Part shown: in pieces, positions 59,530 to 64,000 of the stretch
Layout: each line of letters begins with the position of its first letter
Numbering within the stretch: position 1 is the first letter of the stretch
From: Bacilli bacterium
Lineage (GTDB): Bacteria; Bacillota_I; Bacilli_A; RF39; UBA660
NCBI GenBank assembly: GCA_017410525.1
Contig: JAFQQQ010000003.1
Location: 46,209 to 110,208, forward strand
DNA: 64,000 nucleotides
Reading direction: 5' to 3'
Program-made: the position numbers and the translations under genes
The notes under the pieces: generated by a model
What the model was told of the DNA's origin: nothing
Seen by the model: the letters and a program-made list of their open reading frames with translations, nothing else
Databases searched by the model: none

Positions 59530-59548
59530 ATTTATATCTAGTTTTTTT
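59523..59548 (+). terminator. intrinsic terminator after spoIVB
   Basis: AAACTAGAT-TTAT-ATCTAGTTT hairpin followed by a T-run. Confidence 0.6.
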
Positions 59549-59569
59549 GTATAATATATATGTGATGTT

Positions 59570-60379
59570 ATGAAAAAGAGATTTAAAAAAATATATGTAG
59601 AAATAACTAATTCTTGTAATTTAAATTGTGATTTTTGTATAAAAAATAAAAGGCATAATAAATTTATATGTATTGATGAATTTAAAATGTTATTAGAAAA
59701 AGTAAAAGATTATACTGATTATTTATATTTTCACGTATTAGGGGAACCTTTACTTCATCCTAAAATAAACGAACTAATAGATATAGCTAGTAAAGATTTT
59801 AAAATAAATATAACTACTAATGGTTATTTGATTGATAGAATAAAGGATAATAAAAATATAAGACAATTAAATATCTCTCTTCATAGTTTTGATGATAAAT
59901 ACAAAATAAAGCTTATAGATTATTTAAATAATATTTTTGATACAGTAGATAAATTAATAAAAAATAAAACGTATATATCTCTTAGACTTTGGGTAAAAAA
60001 TGAATATAATAATAAAATTATTGATTATATAAATAATAGGTATAATACAAATATTAAATATGAAGTAGAACAATTTACAATAAACAATTATATTTTTATA
60101 AATAATTTTCACGAATTTATATGGCCTGATTTAAATAATGATACTTATGATGAAATTGGTACTTGTTATGGCTTAATAGATCATATAGGAATACTTGTAG
60201 ATGGTACTATAATACCGTGTTGTTTGGATAGTATGGGAATCATTGATTTAGGGAATATATATGAAAATAATTTAGATGAAATAATAAATAGTGATAGAGT
60301 TAATAATATAATAAATAACTTTAAAAATAATAAAAAATGCGAAGAATTGTGTAAACACTGTAAGTTTATAGAAAAATAA
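59570..60379 (+). CDS. small radical-SAM protein with C-terminal SPASM/twitch-like Cys cluster
   Basis: N-terminal CNLNCDFC (Cx3Cx2C). C-terminal cysteines ..GTCYG..PCCLDS..KKCEELCKHCKF. 269 aa. Own -10 TATAAT at 59552. Confidence 0.7.
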   Translation: MKKRFKKIYVEITNSCNLNCDFCIKNKRHNKFICIDEFKMLLEKVKDYTDYLYFHVLGEPLLHPKINELIDIASKDFKINITTNGYLIDRIKDNKNIRQLNISLHSFDDKYKIKLIDYLNNIFDTVDKLIKNKTYISLRLWVKNEYNNKIIDYINNRYNTNIKYEVEQFTINNYIFINNFHEFIWPDLNNDTYDEIGTCYGLIDHIGILVDGTIIPCCLDSMGIIDLGNIYENNLDEIINSDRVNNIINNFKNNKKCEELCKHCKFIEK

Positions 60380-60402
60380 TACCTAATAAAATAGGTGAGA
60401 TT

Positions 60403-60974
60403 ATGGAAATTAAAACAAAAACGATAGAAAATGATTTAGAATATTTAAGACAAATATCTAAACCTGTAGATTTTAATAATGATGAATGGAAAGAAGCTTT
60501 AAAAGTACTAGATGAATATTATGAAAATAGTGATACTGTTATGGCAATGGCGTCAGTACAATTAGGAATACCTTTAAGATTAGTTTATTTAAAAAATACA
60601 GATTTAAAAAGTTAGATGATACTTCATTTAATGAATCTAGAATACTAATTAACCCCAAAATAATAAGTAGGGAAGTATTAACTAGATACTGGGAAGCATG
60701 CGCTTCTTGTTTAAATAATATGGGATTAGTAGAAAGACCATATAAAATAAAACTAGAATATTATGATGAAAATAAGAAAAAACATACTAAAACATTTAGA
60801 GGATTTGAAACAACAGTATTATCACATGAAATGTATCATTTAGACGGTATATTACACATAGACAAATCTATTTAACTTTATCAAATGGATAGAGATGAAA
60901 GGAAAAGATTTAGAGAAACTCATCTATATGAAATTGTAAGAAAAGATGGAGATTTTATTGAAAAACAAAAATAA
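60403..60974 (+). pseudogene. def: peptide deformylase paralogue, disrupted (frameshift at A5 run 60606-60610 plus in-frame TAA 60873-60875)
   Basis: Pieces recover all PDF motifs: SVQLGIPLRL (GxGxAAxQ-like), EACASC (EGCLS), SHEMYHLDGIL (HExxH). The C-terminal helix DRDERKRF... continues after the TAA codon. Confidence 0.65.
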
Positions 60975-61003
60975 TATGTTATAATTCTTATAGGAGGTAT
61001 GTT

Positions 61004-61417
61004 ATGAAAAATATGGTACAAGAGTTTAAAACTTTTATTTCAAGAGGAAATGTAGTAGACTTAGCTGTAGGTGTTGTGGTAGGTAATGCTTTTAAAGATA
61101 TAGTTAATTCTTTAGTAGATAATATTATAATGCCAGTAGTAGGAATATTGATAGGCGGTATAAACTTTACAACTTTGTCTCTTAGCGTTTGGGGTGTAGA
61201 TGTTAAATTTGGATTACTTTTACAAAGTATTGTTGACTTCTTCATTATTGCTTTCTGTATATTTATGGCTGTTAAAGTGGTAAATAAATTAACTAAGAAA
61301 AAAGAAGAAAAGAAAGAAGAACCAAAAGCACCTGTTAAAAGTGATGAAGTAGTACTTTTAGAAGAAATAAGAGATTTATTAAAAAAAGATAATAAAAAAA
61401 CAACTAAATCTAAATAG
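61004..61417 (+). CDS. mscL: large-conductance mechanosensitive channel
   Basis: MVQEFKTFISRGNVVDLAVGVVVGNAFKDIV. 137 aa. Confidence 0.9.
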   Translation: MKNMVQEFKTFISRGNVVDLAVGVVVGNAFKDIVNSLVDNIIMPVVGILIGGINFTTLSLSVWGVDVKFGLLLQSIVDFFIIAFCIFMAVKVVNKLTKKKEEKKEEPKAPVKSDEVVLLEEIRDLLKKDNKKTTKSK

Positions 61418-61425
61418 TTGTTTTT

Positions 61426-61536
61426 TTATGCAAAAATTGCAAGTACGCTAGTTGCTAACATAGCAACTATTAAAACAATTATTAATACTTTTTCTGCTGT
61501 TAATTTGTATTTTTTCTTATTATTTTTCTTTGACAT
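61426..61536 (-). CDS. small (36 aa) lysine-rich single-TM peptide
   Basis: Minus-strand ORF MSKKNNKKKYKLTAEKVLIIVLIVAMLATSVLAIFA. RBS GAGGTG 7 nt upstream and TATAAT just beyond. Confidence 0.4.
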   Translation of the reverse strand: MSKKNNKKKYKLTAEKVLIIVLIVAMLATSVLAIFA

Positions 61537-61622
61537 TCTAACACCTCAACAATATTATAATATATTTTAAATAAAATTGGAATAAAAAAATATTTACTTA
61601 ATAGAATTAAATAGGTGAGATA

Positions 61623-62249
61623 ATGAAAAAAATAATGGACAAACTATTTAATTTAGTAAGATTTGATAAAAGATATGTATTGTTTTGTTTAATATTAGTT
61701 ATACTAGGAATAGCATGTGGGTCTATTTTTATAGTAATATTAAATGGGAGTGATAAAAGTTTAGCAATAGAATATATAGAAACTTTTGTTGATACAATAA
61801 AGAATAATAGCTTTAATTATATAGATACTCTAAAAAATACTTTAATTATAAATTATTTAGTTATATTTATAATATCTATATTAGGTTTTACTTATTTTTT
61901 AACCCCTATAAATATTCTAATCTTATTTTATAAAGCATTTGTCATAGGATTTAGTTTATCTAGCTTTATATTAACTTATAAAATAAAAGGATTATTGTTA
62001 AGTATAATATATATATTCCCACATCTAATTATAAATATACTCTTATTTAGTCTTTTAATAGCCTTTACACTCAAATTATCACTAAAAATGATTAACTCTA
62101 TTATAAGGAAGAAAGAAGTGAATATGAGGGTTTATTTTAATAAATATTTATATACAGGTTTATTTATTTTTATAGCGTTAACTATATCAAGTTTATATGA
62201 ATCATTTATCGCTCCGTATTTACTTAAATTAGTTGTAAATATATTATAA
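61623..62249 (+). CDS. SpoIIM-like polytopic membrane protein
   Basis: 208 aa with 5 TM helices. Size and topology resemble stage II sporulation protein M. Assignment from pattern only. Confidence 0.45.
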   Translation: MKKIMDKLFNLVRFDKRYVLFCLILVILGIACGSIFIVILNGSDKSLAIEYIETFVDTIKNNSFNYIDTLKNTLIINYLVIFIISILGFTYFLTPINILILFYKAFVIGFSLSSFILTYKIKGLLLSIIYIFPHLIINILLFSLLIAFTLKLSLKMINSIIRKKEVNMRVYFNKYLYTGLFIFIALTISSLYESFIAPYLLKLVVNIL

Positions 62250-62328
62250 TAATTGTAATTTAGTTTACCCTTACTTTACACTTGACAATTGACAATATTG
62301 TGATAAAATTATATTAGGAGGGTAACAG

Positions 62329-63129
62329 ATGAAGACTAAATTAACTGATTTATTACACGAACTAGGTGTCTCTAAGGTAAAGCTTGCTAAATTTTTAGGT
62401 GTTTCTAGACAAATGATTTATAATTACTTGGAAATGGATGATATAAATAAATGGCCTAAAGATAAAAAGGTTTTATTATTTAATTTATTAGATATAAAAG
62501 ATATAAAAGATATAGATAAAATAAAAGTAGATACTGAATATATTACATCAGTTGAAATGAGACTAAATAGTTTGTGTGATGGTAAAAATGAAGATAATAA
62601 GGGAGTTACTAGTGAAATATTAAATGGTGTAAGTCCAAAAAATCAAGAATTATTTATAGGTATAATGGATCTAGTTAAAGAATATTTAGAAGATTCAGGT
62701 AAAGAGGGAAGAGATATAGTTAATTATTTTTATCACTATTTACAAGCTATGAATAATACTAAAGAATTAAAATATATTCTTGCTTATGTAGCAAAAGAAA
62801 CTGGTTTTGAAAAACCTATGGAATTTGTATTTGAAGAAGATGAACAATTTATTTTTGAAAGTATTATGTTTTCTGCTATGGTACTTTATAAGAGTGGTAA
62901 ATCTTCTAAGAGTAAGTTAGCAGAATCACATAGAAGATTTGTTAATCAAATTGAACAAAAAATTGAAGAAAAATTAAGTAGAACTATGGAACTTAATAAT
63001 ATTAAGGTTCAAGCACTTAAAGAACTTGGATATACAGAGATCAATGAAAATAATGCTACTGAAGTATTTGAAAAGATCGCTGAGATTCAATCAAGAAAAA
63101 CAGCATTTAAAAAAATAGATGACAAATAG
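62329..63129 (+). CDS. HTH-domain transcriptional regulator
   Basis: N-terminal HTH (LAKFLGVSRQMIYNYL). 266 aa. Upstream tandem TTGACAATTGACAA and an imperfect palindrome. Confidence 0.55.
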   Translation: MKTKLTDLLHELGVSKVKLAKFLGVSRQMIYNYLEMDDINKWPKDKKVLLFNLLDIKDIKDIDKIKVDTEYITSVEMRLNSLCDGKNEDNKGVTSEILNGVSPKNQELFIGIMDLVKEYLEDSGKEGRDIVNYFYHYLQAMNNTKELKYILAYVAKETGFEKPMEFVFEEDEQFIFESIMFSAMVLYKSGKSSKSKLAESHRRFVNQIEQKIEEKLSRTMELNNIKVQALKELGYTEINENNATEVFEKIAEIQSRKTAFKKIDDK

Positions 63130-63512
63130 TTCATTCTATTTTTTTGTATACTCCCCCTACTTTGTTGTTTTTAAAAATAGGGGAGTTGCTATGAAAAATT
63201 AAAATTGAGATGATCAACTCTTCATTAAATAGTTACTCGATCGCTTAGAATTCGTTTGATGTATTGTATATAGTTAATAATATATAATAAATAATATATA
63301 AAAAAATAAATTTAAAAAAATAATTTATAAGTATTGGATTTAAGAAAACTTCTGTGAATTGAAGTTTGTTGTTAGGGCTTAGACAAAAAAGATTAAGTAT
63401 CAACTAAAATTATAATTGAAATTATATAAATAATTAACTATTAAATCAACCTAAATCAAATAACCTACAATGTATATTATGTTAACTTCTTAAAAATAGA
63501 AAGGAAACGATT

Positions 63513-63719
63513 ATGGCTAACCTAATAATAACACTCTTATTTATTTTGATGACATTAACTCTTGTTCTATCTTTACAACTTGAAAGTTTGGTATTGATGC
63601 TTCTAATCACCATCATCCTCCTAATCCTTTATGTTGGATTAGAAAGAAATAATCATCTCTCATCAAATAAACCTTTTGCAAAAAATTATATAACTTATTA
63701 CTTAAAAAAGATTTTATGA
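63513..63719 (+). CDS. small hydrophobic peptide (68 aa, 2 TM)
   Basis: RBS GGAAA weak. Leu/Ile-rich. Overlaps the start of the downstream DUF2726 ORF by 4 nt. Confidence 0.35.
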   Translation: MANLIITLLFILMTLTLVLSLQLESLVLMLLITIILLILYVGLERNNHLSSNKPFAKNYITYYLKKIL

Positions 63720-64000
63720 CTTTATCAGAATTAGATTTTTATAATAAAATTAAAATTCTAGAAAATAATTTTAAAATAGTTCCACAAGTTAATTTAGGTG
63801 CTATAATAAAAAAAATTTCAAAAAATAAATACAGAAGTGAATTGTTTAAAAATATAGATTTCGCAATTTTTACTAAAGACTACTCCAAACTTTTATTATT
63901 AATTGAATTAAATGATAAAACGCATAATCAAGAAGAAAGGAAAAATAGAGATCAAAAAGTAAAAATGATTTGTAAAGAAGCAGGAATTAAATTAATTTGT
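63716..64000 (+). CDS. DUF2726-domain protein (partial, runs off window end)
   Basis: Translation ...DFAIFTKDYSKLLLLIELNDKTHNQEERKNRDQKVKMICKEAGIKLI matches the DUF2726 core. No stop within the window. Confidence 0.5.
   Translation, partial: MTLSELDFYNKIKILENNFKIVPQVNLGAIIKKISKNKYRSELFKNIDFAIFTKDYSKLLLLIELNDKTHNQEERKNRDQKVKMICKEAGIKLIC

Noticed and set aside
1-64000. CRISPR arrays, rRNA or tRNA genes, IS elements
   Set aside because: No regularly spaced direct repeats, no rRNA-like conserved blocks, no tRNA cloverleaf candidates (no GTTCGAATC-type T-arms) and no transposase-like ORFs were seen on either strand.

Overview
This is a 64-kb chromosomal segment from an AT-rich (about 26% G+C) low-GC Firmicute, most likely a Clostridia-like spore former. 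Almost all genes are on the + strand, and sporulation genes spoIIP, spoIVB and a spoIIM-like gene are present.

Content in order:
- A conserved ireB-ruvX-DUF1292-mltG-yrrM-mtaB block.
- A degraded ORF6N-domain (phage anti-repressor-type) fragment.
- ylbD/ylbE-like genes and rsmD.
- A secreted GH73 glucosaminidase with a C-terminal dockerin, next to a membrane-anchored cohesin-like protein.
- A roughly 17-kb cell-wall glycopolymer locus. It has wall-teichoic-acid-type linkage-unit enzymes (TagO/WecA, MnaA, TagA, TagB/F), a Wzx flippase, a Wzy-like polymerase fused to a family-2 glycosyltransferase (GT2), further GT2 and GT4 glycosyltransferases, and two tandem MBOAT O-acyltransferases with DHHW and SGNH partner domains.
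- A 759-nt ORF-free, GC-enriched region bracketed by a consensus promoter and an intrinsic terminator. I read this as a candidate ~610-nt structured ncRNA, possibly OLE-like. It is followed by small membrane proteins and an orphan type-IV-pilin-like gene.
- A CotH kinase / VTC domain / DUF4956 three-gene cassette.
- A frameshifted MqsR-like toxin followed by an MqsA-like antitoxin carrying a C-terminal Panacea (DUF4065) domain, with a perfect 16-bp palindromic operator upstream.
- Housekeeping genes: parE/parC, an LtaS-like sulfatase, uvrC, an HD hydrolase, archaeal-type proS, frr, an AI-2E transporter, cmk, a compact AlaRS lacking the C-Ala domain, queH, tcdA, a CDP-alcohol phosphatidyltransferase, nusB-xseA-xseB, mscL.
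- A small radical-SAM/SPASM gene paired with a doubly disrupted peptide-deformylase pseudogene.
- An HTH regulator, a small hydrophobic peptide and a partial DUF2726 gene at the window end.

No rRNA, tRNA or CRISPR array was detected. Several apparent pseudogenes carry single-nucleotide frameshifts at or near poly-A tracts, so assembly error versus real gene decay should be checked.
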